From positions 32,001 through 96,000 of the forward strand of contig JBGAHS010000010.1 in the NCBI GenBank assembly GCA_044226015.1: DNA of 64,000 nt, written 5' to 3'. Position numbers and translations under genes: made by a program. This document shows, one piece after another, positions 28,882 to 38,777 of the stretch; the stretch's first letter is position 1, and each line of letters opens with the position of its first letter. Source of the stretch: Candidatus Obscuribacteraceae bacterium (GTDB taxonomy: Bacteria; Cyanobacteriota; Vampirovibrionia; Obscuribacterales; Obscuribacteraceae). The notes beneath the pieces were generated by a model that worked only from the letters and a program-made list of their open reading frames with translations, was not told the origin of the DNA and did not search any database.

Positions 28882-29629
28882 TCACTGTTCTCCACACAGA
28901 AAGTTCGTGATACTGTCGCGCACCGCAGTGCCCGGAATGTACCCTTCACGTTCCACACGTGCATGGCGTTCAAACCCAACTTTGACGATATCAAAAGACG
29001 CTCGCAGATCTCTTGAAAACCTCGATGGATACTGATTTCTGAGCCTTGGCTTATCTTAGCGCGAATAAATATTGCGAGATGTAAACTTAGCCACTTTTGG
29101 GATTGTTGATGAACATTAACTGGAGGATAGTGAGAGAAGGGTTAAATCAATTGGGTTTCGGGAATTGGCGCTTGCTGGCGAGATTACTTCGCGAGCGGAG
29201 GTTAGTATTATGCCGAATCTTTTGCCGCTTTCTCAGAAAGCTGCTCAGAGTTCTTTTTCAGTGCGTTTAGACATGGAATGCTCTAAACCGTCTCTTTGCG
29301 GGAGAATTGAGGGAATCACCGGTTCACGAATTATCGGCAATTCGGTGCGGTATCAAATTATTTGGGACAGTCTCTTGGGAACCAGAGGCGTTAAGACAAA
29401 CGAAAGGTTTTAGCGCTTGGTCCAAAAATGGTAGCTAAGAGGAGCGCTTATCTTGTCTCTCTTTAATGTTCTGACTCGATGCTCTCTTGACTCTTGGTAG
29501 TACCAAATTTGGTGCCTGCTCTGTAAGCAGACCTGCATGCAAATGTTTCTGCAATTCAGTGAAAATCGAATTGAATTGCCAATGCTGCAAGTGCTTTTGT
29601 CGATTGCGAGTGCTTGTGTGTTGTTGCCA

Positions 29630-29808
29630 GTGACGATGAGTGTCGCCAATTACGAAGCGTGAGGACAGCGACGATGCGTGAAGGTAGTGATACGTGATGT
29701 CAGTGACGATGTGTGAGGACCGTGATACGTCATGTAAGTGACGATGCGTGAGGACCGCGACCATGCGTGAAGCCCGCGATACATGATGTCAGTGACGATG
29801 CGTGAAGC
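29630..29808. repeat. Degenerate tandem repeat (GTGACGATGCGTGAGGACCGCGATAC-like)
   Basis: Direct reading; irregular units. Confidence 0.7.
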
Positions 29809-29871
29809 GTGTTCAATTGACGAGTAAGAGAAGGCAGCAGTTTCAAAAAAATTTCCAGTACGGAAGGTCAA

Positions 29872-30456
29872 ATGATTTCAAGTTCAAATTTATCAACTGC
29901 ACAGGCATCGACTGCCAATTTCCTCTCTGAACACGGTTGGGCTATCTGCCTGCCGTTGGGTTGGAATGCCCTTCCAAAATGTGAACAGGAGACGAATTTT
30001 GGTCTCAATACCATAGAAGTTTTTGCACATCCGAATGACCCCTCACTTTCCTTGACTTGGATGTGTTCTTCAAGCCAGTTTAGTATTGAATTGCTAGAGC
30101 GCTTCGCGTTTGTTTCTAAACACCCTGGATTGATACCACCTGCGGAGGCACAGTCTTTAATTTCTTCAGTTTTCCCACTGATGGGACGGGTAGTCACCGC
30201 ATATGCAGTGCAACTGGCTGATGGTCAGCCAGCGATAGAGCTGACTGAAGAAATCCAATCTTTTGCCGGCGGAGCTGAACCTTTGAGAGCCTATCACCTT
30301 TTGTTTCCTGCGCGTGGCCATGGCAAAGAGAGTGGTCCAGAAAAGATGCAGCAGTTGGTTTTCTATGCAAGACAGAGTAAATTCTCGCAAGAAATCGTCG
30401 GTGTCATTCAGTCCGCGCGCTCATTTCAACTTGCGAAGTTCCAATCAAAGCTTTAA
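29872..30456 (+). CDS. Hypothetical protein (possibly PsbP/Mog1-like fold)
   Basis: 194-aa ATG ORF; GWAICLPLGW pattern at the N-terminus; fold guess is weak. Confidence 0.55.
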   Translation: MISSSNLSTAQASTANFLSEHGWAICLPLGWNALPKCEQETNFGLNTIEVFAHPNDPSLSLTWMCSSSQFSIELLERFAFVSKHPGLIPPAEAQSLISSVFPLMGRVVTAYAVQLADGQPAIELTEEIQSFAGGAEPLRAYHLLFPARGHGKESGPEKMQQLVFYARQSKFSQEIVGVIQSARSFQLAKFQSKL

Positions 30457-30537
30457 CCGCCAGCGCACCAGCGCTAAATTAAACGAGGTCAGAGGCAGCG
30501 CTATTTTCATTTAGCGCTGCTTTTGATTTTGACGAGG

Positions 30538-30950
30538 CAGGAGAAGGGATCCGGTATCAGGAGAAGGGCGATGGGAAGTATCAGGAGAAGGGCGCCGGTA
30601 TCAGGAGAAGGGATCCGGTATCAGGAGAAGGGCGCCGGTATCAGGAGAAGGGATCCGGTATCAGGAGAAGGGCGCCGGTATCAGGAGAAGGGATCCGGTA
30701 TCAGGAGAAGGAATCCGGTATCAGGAGAAGGGATCCGGTATCAGGAGAAGGGCGCCGGTATCAGGAGAAGGAATCCGGTATCAGGAGAAGGGATCCGGTA
30801 TCAGGAGAAGGGCACCGGTATCAGGAGAAGGGATCCGGTATCGGAAGAAGGGATCCGGTATCAGGAGAAGGGATCCGGTATCAGGAGAAGGGCGCTGGTA
30901 TCAGGAGAAGGAATCCGGTATCAGGAGAAGGGCGCTGGTATCAGGAGAGG
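30538..30950. repeat. Tandem repeat, 20-bp unit TCAGGAGAAGGGATCCGGTA, about 20 copies
   Basis: Direct reading. Confidence 0.95.
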
Positions 30951-31254
30951 GGCACCACCTGGTTGCGGAGTCAGTCAGGCAAGTGGCTGGCTCTTGTGAT
31001 AATGGTGAATTCTTTGGTTAAAGCGGCACCGCTTACCGCATTAAAGCGGAGCAACTGGCAGGTTTGGCGGGATGATCTTCCCATTGTGACGGCTAAAGTC
31101 ACAAAATAATATTGTTCGAAATGACCCATACTGACTTGGGTCTGCTGGTTTAATGTTGAATTGTTAGAACGCATTAATTAGACCTGTTCAAACAGATAAA
31201 GACAATGGAAAGTGGAGTTTGTTGGCTTATATTCCTTCGAGAGAGAGGCACGAG

Positions 31255-32076
31255 ATGTCTTTTCGATTTGTACTTTTGTCATTCTGTATTTGTTTGGCAG
31301 GACTTTACTCTATGCCCTGGTCTATGGCTAAGGATAAAGAGCAGGAAGTGATTCTTCCGTCTGCCGAGGCGAACAAAGAATTTACTCCTCTGCTTGTACC
31401 AGCCGAAGCCAAGGCTTGTGGTATCAGTCTTAGTGGCAGTGCGAAACTATATCAACTTGAACCGGGTGCGTTTCAACTTGGATGTGGTTGTGTGCTTATT
31501 CACACCGAAGAACCAATAAATGTGAAAACTTGCAGAGCGATGGTATCTGCGAAGAATGGTGCTACAGTCGTTATCGGAGCCAAATCCGATGCAACGAGAA
31601 TCCTAAATTTGAGTGATAGAAAGCACGATAGTGTCAGAGTTATTTTCGGACGAAATCATGTAACTCTCAATCCAGGCGAAGAAATAGTCGTTGTTAGCAA
31701 TCAGCTATCGGACTTCGAGAAGAACGCCATGGAAGAGGTGATCCGCTATCGCAACGCGCAGTCTTTGCAGGTTTCGCCGGAATACAAAGCCGTAGTGTTT
31801 GAGTTCTCACTCACTGATGCTATGAAGCGTTGCTTGATTTTCAAACAGCTCAATTCATCGCCGAATCAGCAAGATCATGCGCTGCTAAAGGAAATAATCA
31901 AGACTGCTGCTGCCGTAAATACGATGTTCTCCAAAACCAGAGAAAAGTACACTCACGGAGTTGAGACCACGAAGGTCGCTTCGAACAAAAAGAAGCCAAC
32001 CAAGCAGGTTGCGTCCAAGAAGAGAAAAGAGCCAGCTAAGTTGGCTTTGAATACTCCGGACGAAGCCAACAACTAG
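31255..32076 (+). CDS. Exported protein carrying a domain homologous to the adhesin C-terminus (FecR-like)
   Basis: Signal peptide MSFRFVLLSFCICLAG; manual alignment to the last ~170 aa of 11338..22839. Confidence 0.75.
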   Translation: MSFRFVLLSFCICLAGLYSMPWSMAKDKEQEVILPSAEANKEFTPLLVPAEAKACGISLSGSAKLYQLEPGAFQLGCGCVLIHTEEPINVKTCRAMVSAKNGATVVIGAKSDATRILNLSDRKHDSVRVIFGRNHVTLNPGEEIVVVSNQLSDFEKNAMEEVIRYRNAQSLQVSPEYKAVVFEFSLTDAMKRCLIFKQLNSSPNQQDHALLKEIIKTAAAVNTMFSKTREKYTHGVETTKVASNKKKPTKQVASKKRKEPAKLALNTPDEANN

Positions 32077-32317
32077 CTGCAGGCATCGGGACCGCAAGCG
32101 AGAACTTGTGTGAACCAGAGCCTGTCCGCACAATATGCGTTTTTTGAAGTCTAAAAGATATACGCTCTATATCTTGTGTTTTCGCGCCTGGGCGAAAATT
32201 TATGAGTCACCGACCCAACATCCGTATGTATGTCGATTAGTCCTTTATTTGAAGTGGAATAGTTCAAACGAGGTCGGCATCGCTTGACCGATTTACGAAG
32301 ACCACTGAGGTAGGATT

Positions 32318-33109
32318 ATGGCGGCTAGAGCTATCTGGACGGGGATTATCACTTTTGGAATGGTTAGCATTCCGATAAAGCTATACTCAGCTACGGAGAA
32401 TAAGGATATTTCCTTCAATCAGTTGCATGTTGAATGTAAGGGACGTATCAAAGAGTTCAAGTTTTGTCCAACCTGTGACAGAAAAGTTGAAACGGATGAG
32501 CTAGAGAAGGGCTACGAATACGCCAAAGGGCAGTACGTGATCATCAACAAAGATGATCTAGAAAAAATTCCTCTTCCAACAAAGAACAATATTGCGATTA
32601 CTTCGTTTGTTCGCCTGGATGAGATTGACCCTGTTTTTTACGAGAAAACATATTACATCGAACCTGATGAGGCGGCGAAAAAACCGTTTGCTTTGTTCAT
32701 GCGTGCGATTCAAGAAAAGGGTATGACGGCTATCGCAAATATTACGATGCGTACTAAAGAGCGTCTTTGCGCACTTCGTCCGATGGACGGTACACTTGTT
32801 ATGAATACTTTGCTGTATCCAGATGAGATTCGGATTGGTCGCGGAAAAGCGCTTCCGGATGTTGCTGTTTCTGACAAAGAAATTGGCATGGCTGGAATGT
32901 TAATCGACATGATGACACATGAGTTCAAACCTGAGGACTACAAAGATAATTACAGAGAAGCGTTGCTGAAAATTATCGAGGCAAAACTCGAAGGAAAAGA
33001 GATTGCAGAGGCTCCTGCCGCAGCTCAAGCCAACGTTGTGGATCTTATGGATGCTCTTGCTGCCAGCATGGAAAAAATGAAAGCACAGAAAACTGCTGCC
33101 ACGGGTTAG
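32318..33109 (+). CDS. ku: Non-homologous end joining protein Ku
   Basis: RAIWTGIITFGMVSIPIKLYSAT, KGYEY, TLLYPDEIR, VVDLMDALAAS. Confidence 0.96.
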   Translation: MAARAIWTGIITFGMVSIPIKLYSATENKDISFNQLHVECKGRIKEFKFCPTCDRKVETDELEKGYEYAKGQYVIINKDDLEKIPLPTKNNIAITSFVRLDEIDPVFYEKTYYIEPDEAAKKPFALFMRAIQEKGMTAIANITMRTKERLCALRPMDGTLVMNTLLYPDEIRIGRGKALPDVAVSDKEIGMAGMLIDMMTHEFKPEDYKDNYREALLKIIEAKLEGKEIAEAPAAAQANVVDLMDALAASMEKMKAQKTAATG

Positions 33110-33127
33110 GATTTTCGTTAGTTAAAC

Positions 33128-36100
33128 GTGAACGACGACGGCAAGGATGACTCAGAACCAGATTCGCAAGCTGCACAGAGCAGCTATGTGGATCTGGTTC
33201 GTTCCATTCAGGGTCTACCTGGGGTGCGCAAGACTGCATTCCCGTCTTACTTCCCTCCCATGCTCGCGAGTCTTGCTGAAAATGCATTCTCTAAGTCAGG
33301 TTGGATATATGAACCAAAAATGGATGGAATGCGTTGCATTGCGTTTATTGATGGAAACAAAGTAAAGCTACTCTCTCGGCGCGGTAAGAATATAACAGCG
33401 CAATACCCAGCTCTCGTTGCATCTTTACCGGAGTTGTGTAAATGCAGAGTTGTTTTGGATGGTGAAATAATTGCCCTCAATGCTGATGGTAAGCCATCAT
33501 TTCAGCTGCTTCAGCAGCGAATGAATCTCTTGAATGTAAGCGATATTTCCAGAGCAGACGCGCGAATACCTGTTCATTTCTTCGTTTTTGATATAGTTTA
33601 TGCCGCTGAATTTAGCCTGGCATCGACATCTCTGGTAAATAGAAAATCTGTATTGCAAAATTGTTTGACGGCATCATCAAACATCGTGATACTCAGGCAT
33701 TTCGAAGAGAACGGAAAGATTGCTTTTGAGGCGTGTATCGAGCACGGATTCGAAGGTATCGTCGCTAAACGAAAAGAAAGTCCCTACGAAACGGGGCGCC
33801 GGTCGCCATATTGGGTGAAGGTGAAAGGCACCAAAACTAGCGAGTTCGTCATAGCTGGATATAGTATGGGACAGGGATCTCGCTCAAACACCTTCGGTTC
33901 TCTGGTATTGGGCTATCACGATGCTCAGGGGCAGCTAGTGTACGCAGGGAGCGTCGGTTCTGGTTTTGATGAAAGATTGCTAGCAGACATGCTTCGCAGA
34001 ATGGATCCTTTGAAAATCAAGGCTTGTCCTATCTTGGGGATCCCCTCCGATAAGCGTGATTCCACCTGGGTGAAGCCAGAGCTGGTGGCAGAAATAAAGT
34101 TCATGGATTGGACTGATGATATGCATCTGCGAAATCCTGTTTTCTTGCATTTGCGGCATGATATCAATCCTGCCGAGGTGAAGGTAGTGAAGGCTATAGA
34201 TCTGTCGGAACTCGATAAAATTTCGGGGCGCTCAGGGAGCGATGATGTCGCGGGGAGCACAGGGAGCGATGCTGTCGCGGGGAGCACAGGGAGCGATGCT
34301 GTTGCGGGGCGCATGGGGCGCGATGATGTTGCGGGGCGCACCGGGCGCGATGATGTTGTGGGGCGCACAGGGCGCGATGATGTTGTGGGGCGCACAGGGC
34401 GCGATGATGTAGCGGGGCGCACCGGGCGCGATGATGTAGCGGGGCGCACCGGGCACGATGATGTTGTGGGGCGCATAGGGCGCGATGATGTTGTGGGGCG
34501 CAGAGGGCGCGATGAAGGTGTGGCGTGTTCCGACGACCTGCCATTTTCCGATGCTGAAAATTCAGAGGAACAATTTGGTTTTGATTTGCTCAAGCCGTCG
34601 GGTGGCGACCCGATCTCCCAACAAATGCTGTTACCTGGTGCTAATGTTGAATCACAGGTTGCTGCCTCTGCTGCAGAGTCTGGATTGCCAGTAATGCATC
34701 CAAGGGCGAAGCCACCGGCTGATCCATCGGTCGTCGATCCGAGTGGTGCCGGAATGGATCCGTGTGGTGCCGAAATGGATTCGAGTGGTGCCGGAATGGA
34801 TCCGTGTGGTGCCGGAATGGATCCGTGTGGTGCCGAAATGGATCCGAGTGGTGCCGGAATGGATCCGAGTGGTGCCGAAATGGATCCGAGTGGTGCCGGA
34901 ATGGATCCGAGTGGTGCCGGAATGGATCCGAGTGGTGCCGGATTGGATTCGAGTGGTGCCGGAATGGATCCGTGTGGTGCTAACACTCTGATTTCCAGCA
35001 AATCGCTCAACGGCACCGCCAGTAGTGCGGCTTCTGGATCGGGTTTGGGACCAGGTTCTGGAGCGGGTTTGGGACCAGGTTCTGGATCCGGTTCTGAATC
35101 AACTCCTGAATCAACTCCTGAATCAACTCCTGAATCAACTCCTGAATCAACCACTGAATCAGCTTGCGAAGCGGTTGTTCCCAATGAAGCATTAGTCCTC
35201 GAAAGAACAATTGAGGACATAGAGAGAGAGTTTCCCCTCTGGCAAAAGCTTGCGCAAAGCGTCATTGGTCAGTTGAGTGGAAAAGAAAAAAGCTATGCGT
35301 TAACTGTGGAGCAGGCGACAATCTCTTTGACAAATCTGGACAAAGTGCTGTATCCCTCGACGGAAAATTATCCTGCCGTCACCAAGAGAGATTATCTAAA
35401 AACGATTGCTTTCTTGGCGCCGTATATGTTGAAGCATCTATACGATCGACCCTTAACCATGATCCGCGCTCCGAGTGGAGTCCGCTCTCGCAGTTTCTAT
35501 CAAAAACACTGGAACCTCGATATTCCTGATTATTTGGAAAACATTCGAACTGAGCCTGATGATCCTACTCGACGAGATCAATTGCTCTGCAACAGCGTGG
35601 CGGGTTTGATTTTCCTTGCGCAAAATAACATTCTCGAATACCACTGTTGGCTTTCGCGCGTGCCTCACTTGGCTAAGCGAGGTGGCGAGCACACGGATTT
35701 GTCCTTGCTTGAAATTCCTGATTTTATGGCGTTCGACATCGATATCCATAGAGATGGCGAAAAGGAAAGTAAGCTGTTAGATCTAGCTCTCTTTGAGAAA
35801 GCCAGGGAAGCTGCATTTAAGCTAAAAGAAACGCTAGATCAACTTGGGCTTCCCTCGTTTTTGAAAACATCGGGAAGAAACGGACTTCATGTTTTCATTC
35901 CGATTATTCGTGACTTGAGGTTTGATGAGGTACGGGTTCTTTCGGAGATGATTGCTAAGCATGTCGAATCGAAATATACGCAAACGATATCTACTAGTGC
36001 GGTTGCGGCAAAGCGGGCTTCAAAAGTGTTCCTGGACTACCAAGCCAATACGAGAGGCAAAACGATCACGCTGCCCTATTCACCAAGATTGACTACGAAT

Positions 36101-36265
36101 GCCACGATCTCAATGCCTATAAGCTGGGCAGAACTTGAGCGGGTATATCCAGGAGATTTCAATCAGCGTGTCATTCAGGAGTTTGTTAATGCGAGAGGCG
36201 ATATCTGGAGCGATATTATGCGAAACCCTGATGATCTTGCAAAACGCTTTCACACAAAAAGATAA
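33128..36265 (+). CDS. ligD: DNA ligase D (ligase plus primase-polymerase domains) with a repeat-expanded linker
   Basis: EPKMDG, LDGEI, FEGIVAK, WVKVK ligase motifs; [27 protein letters not shown] polymerase motifs; 18 bp downstream of ku. Confidence 0.93.
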   Translation: MNDDGKDDSEPDSQAAQSSYVDLVRSIQGLPGVRKTAFPSYFPPMLASLAENAFSKSGWIYEPKMDGMRCIAFIDGNKVKLLSRRGKNITAQYPALVASLPELCKCRVVLDGEIIALNADGKPSFQLLQQRMNLLNVSDISRADARIPVHFFVFDIVYAAEFSLASTSLVNRKSVLQNCLTASSNIVILRHFEENGKIAFEACIEHGFEGIVAKRKESPYETGRRSPYWVKVKGTKTSEFVIAGYSMGQGSRSNTFGSLVLGYHDAQGQLVYAGSVGSGFDERLLADMLRRMDPLKIKACPILGIPSDKRDSTWVKPELVAEIKFMDWTDDMHLRNPVFLHLRHDINPAEVKVVKAIDLSELDKISGRSGSDDVAGSTGSDAVAGSTGSDAVAGRMGRDDVAGRTGRDDVVGRTGRDDVVGRTGRDDVAGRTGRDDVAGRTGHDDVVGRIGRDDVVGRRGRDEGVACSDDLPFSDAENSEEQFGFDLLKPSGGDPISQQMLLPGANVESQVAASAAESGLPVMHPRAKPPADPSVVDPSGAGMDPCGAEMDSSGAGMDPCGAGMDPCGAEMDPSGAGMDPSGAEMDPSGAGMDPSGAGMDPSGAGLDSSGAGMDPCGANTLISSKSLNGTASSAASGSGLGPGSGAGLGPGSGSGSESTPESTPESTPESTPESTTESACEAVVPNEALVLERTIEDIEREFPLWQKLAQSVIGQLSGKEKSYALTVEQATISLTNLDKVLYPSTENYPAVTKRDYLKTIAFLAPYMLKHLYDRPLTMIRAPSGVRSRSFYQKHWNLDIPDYLENIRTEPDDPTRRDQLLCNSVAGLIFLAQNNILEYHCWLSRVPHLAKRGGEHTDLSLLEIPDFMAFDIDIHRDGEKESKLLDLALFEKAREAAFKLKETLDQLGLPSFLKTSGRNGLHVFIPIIRDLRFDEVRVLSEMIAKHVESKYTQTISTSAVAAKRASKVFLDYQANTRGKTITLPYSPRLTTNATISMPISWAELERVYPGDFNQRVIQEFVNARGDIWSDIMRNPDDLAKRFHTKR
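34224..34516 (+). repeat. In-frame 27-bp tandem repeat inside ligD ([10 protein letters not shown]), about 11 copies
   Basis: Direct reading. Confidence 0.9.
34736..34980 (+). repeat. In-frame 21-bp tandem repeat inside ligD (DPSGAGM), about 12 copies
   Basis: Direct reading. Confidence 0.9.
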
Positions 36266-36367
36266 GGTAAAAAGCGAGTCGAAATACAAATGCTAGTGTG
36301 CGGATATACGATCGGCTTTTGCAAAATATACCTTCTAGGATAATTCTCTAACATTGTGGGAACCGCA

Positions 36368-36396
36368 TTGACACGGCTCCAGAGAGATTCTAGATT
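36368..36396 (+). promoter_or_regulatory. Sigma70-type promoter of the retron unit
   Basis: TTGACA (36368-36373), 17-bp spacer, TAGATT (36391-36396). Confidence 0.65.
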
Positions 36397-36420
36397 GATA
36401 CGCAGCAGTGAAATTTTGGA

Positions 36421-36595
36421 GGTGATAAGCATCTCTGGACCGCAGCGCGGTTTCGGTTGATGTTTCGTCAACCTGCTTTTACTGGGAATGACACGGGCAT
36501 TCGGTACACGTCTGCTTCGCATCCAGTTCCCTCAGCCCTTCCACCATACAGTACGCATTCCACTTTCAACTCGGAATAGCAGAGATGCCGTCATC
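36421..36595 (+). ncRNA. Putative retron msr-msd ncRNA
   Basis: GCATCTCTG (36429-36437) pairs with CAGAGATGC (36580-36588), extendable by GGTGAT/GTCATC; G36438 follows the 5' arm; hairpins ACCGC-AGC-GCGGT and GGTTGATG-TTT-CGTCAACC follow; directly upstream of a retron RT. Confidence 0.7.
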
Positions 36596-37463
36596 ATCCA
36601 TAGCACTGCCAATTATCAAAACCGAACGAGACCTCGCCGAATTCTTCGCTATCTCTGAATTTGAGTTGAAGCGTTTTTGTATTCGCACACAGGGTTTTTA
36701 TCATAGTTTCGAACGTCCAAAAAAGTCTGGAAAAGGGATGCGGATTATCTCTGCTCCGTCGGAAGCTTTGAAAGAACTGCAGCGCAAGATCAAGCGGGAT
36801 ATTTTGGATTTGCTTGAAACCCACTCGTCATGTATGGGTTATAAAAAGGGATTCTCCATAGTTGATAATGCTGCCCCACATGTTGGACAGCGATTCGTTT
36901 TGAATCTAGACATCAAAGACTTTTTTCAGTCAATCAGTTCTGCAAGAGTTGCGGGGTATTTTTGCTCCTTAGGATACTCAGAGGAAGTTTCTGTTTTGCT
37001 TTCTCGAATATGCTGCTACAAAAATGCTTTGCCACAGGGGGCGCCAACGTCGCCATCCCTGGCTAATTTGATTTGTAGTAAATTGGATAGAAGGCTTTGT
37101 GGAGTCGCCCGGAAAAACGGACTGGTTTATACGAGATATTGTGATGATATCACCATATCTGGTGGTGCTTTTGTTAAGCCGGGTTTGCAGCACTTCATTC
37201 AAGGTATTATTGCGGAAGAGGGGTTTGAGGTCAACAAAGACAAGACCCGTTTGCTCAGTCGCCGTTCTTGTCAGACTGTTACAGGGCTAGTTGTGAACGA
37301 GAAAGTTAGTATCCCGCGAAAGCGCAGGCGATTGATTCGTGCTATCTTGCACCAGTCAGAATTAGGACGCTCGCCTGGCATGTGTAACAACTATGTTTCT
37401 GGGTTACGCGGGTTTATGAACATGGTAAAAGTTCGAAGCTGTTCGGTGGGCTCGGCCATTTAG
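36585..37463 (+). CDS. Retron-type reverse transcriptase
   Basis: PKKSG..R.ISAP, region X DNAAPH (NAxxH), LDIKDFF, LPQGAPTSP, YTRYCDD, region Y VTGLVVN. Confidence 0.93.
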   Translation: MPSSSIALPIIKTERDLAEFFAISEFELKRFCIRTQGFYHSFERPKKSGKGMRIISAPSEALKELQRKIKRDILDLLETHSSCMGYKKGFSIVDNAAPHVGQRFVLNLDIKDFFQSISSARVAGYFCSLGYSEEVSVLLSRICCYKNALPQGAPTSPSLANLICSKLDRRLCGVARKNGLVYTRYCDDITISGGAFVKPGLQHFIQGIIAEEGFEVNKDKTRLLSRRSCQTVTGLVVNEKVSIPRKRRRLIRAILHQSELGRSPGMCNNYVSGLRGFMNMVKVRSCSVGSAI

Positions 37464-37478
37464 AGTATATTCCTGATA

Positions 37479-37558
37479 GGCGTTCGCGAAAATCTGCGAA
37501 GCGGTAGGGTCTCGGGAAAATCTGCGAAGCGTTAGGCGTTCGCGAAAATCTGCGAAGC
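37479..37558. repeat. Three 28-bp REP-like variants (GGCGTTCGCGAAAATCTGCGAAGC)
   Basis: Direct reading; lies between the convergent RT and ADP-ribosylglycohydrolase genes. Confidence 0.75.
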
Positions 37559-38499
37559 TAATTATTCTGAGCTGCTACTATCGTTTCAACGAACTTACTC
37601 AAGAGCGGCTTCACTATTTCCTGCCCGCGGAGTTCCTTTTGCCATCGCTGTGGGATAGCTCTGAGTCCATCCCTGACTCCAGCAAGTCCGCCAGCTATGG
37701 CGGCGGTCGTGTCGGTATCATAACCGAGGCCGATGGCTGCTTTTATGACATCCTCATAAGTGCCTTGCTCAAGGCACCACAATGCGCTGTAAAGGCTATC
37801 TACAACATAACCTGAGCCGCCAGGCGGTTCGTTTCTATGCATGATTTTCTCCAGTTCTTCGCTCAAACCGGGATCGTAGGCGCAGGTCTGTCGAACTGTG
37901 CTAACAGCTTCTTGCCAGGGTTCTACAGCTTCTCTCAATAATTTTCTAGCCAGTATGCTGTAAAGTGCGCAGCATACCTTAGATTGCGCGTGTGCATGTG
38001 TAATACTCGACTGTAGCATCGAGTCACGGGCCAGCTCTGCATCCGTACCGCGATGGAAGAGGGCTAAGGGAAGAACCCTCATCAATGACCCATTCCCGTT
38101 ATCTCTTTCTGTTTTCAGACCTGCGTCTAATGGGCGTACACCTTTTTGAAGACGCGCTATAGCCATTTGGGAGGTGGTTCCCACGTCGAAGACGATATGG
38201 TCCACAGCATTGTGACCTCTCTCGAGCCAATTCACGAGAAGATCAGCGAAGTCACGAGGATCGAATTCATCACATCGTAAAAGCGATTCTAGCAAGCACA
38301 ATGCCTGCGCACCATCGTCAGACCAGGTTCCGGCGGGCACTCCTAGATGGGCTGGTGTGAAATTTTTCGGTGGATCCATTTCAATCAGAGGCTTTTCCGG
38401 GATGTCCTCTGGCGGGCGAAACTCATACGGCACGCCCAGGGCATCACCGATGAGGAGTCCCATAATTCCACCATAGATTCGGTCCGCAAACGTAGTCAT
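37558..38499 (-). CDS. ADP-ribosylglycohydrolase (DraG/ARH family)
   Basis: GDALG, WSDDG, GNGSLMR, THAH, DTDTTAAIAG motifs. Confidence 0.93.
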   Translation of the reverse strand: MTTFADRIYGGIMGLLIGDALGVPYEFRPPEDIPEKPLIEMDPPKNFTPAHLGVPAGTWSDDGAQALCLLESLLRCDEFDPRDFADLLVNWLERGHNAVDHIVFDVGTTSQMAIARLQKGVRPLDAGLKTERDNGNGSLMRVLPLALFHRGTDAELARDSMLQSSITHAHAQSKVCCALYSILARKLLREAVEPWQEAVSTVRQTCAYDPGLSEELEKIMHRNEPPGGSGYVVDSLYSALWCLEQGTYEDVIKAAIGLGYDTDTTAAIAGGLAGVRDGLRAIPQRWQKELRGQEIVKPLLSKFVETIVAAQNN

Positions 38500-38777
38500 A
38501 ATCTGATTTCCGATGAATGCATTGCCTCATGATACTAGCTCACAGAAGATTTTGCGATCTTGACAGGGCTAAACAGCTGAATACTTTCGAGAGTTTCGCG
38601 GCTGACCAGCAAGCATGCTCTTTCACTGAGGCAGGAGAGCCTAACGGCAGTCCGAATGGTCGAGTGAGTCTCACAGCTACAGTTCGTTCAATTTAAACTT
38701 AAAGCAGACAAAATCAGATGTCGGTGCTAGCATCCATTCTTATCGGGTAACTAAATATAGGGCACTTGTGGGGTGTT

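Noticed and set aside
33925..35265. 446-aa antisense ORF in ligD
   Set aside because: Shadow of the in-frame repeats; overlaps a well-supported gene.
36585..37463. Group II intron, DGR or canonical DRT2 RT
   Set aside because: Short protein with retron regions X (NAxxH) and Y (VTG); no maturase or intron ends, no TR/VR pair seen, and too short and unlike DRT2 outside the YCDD motif.
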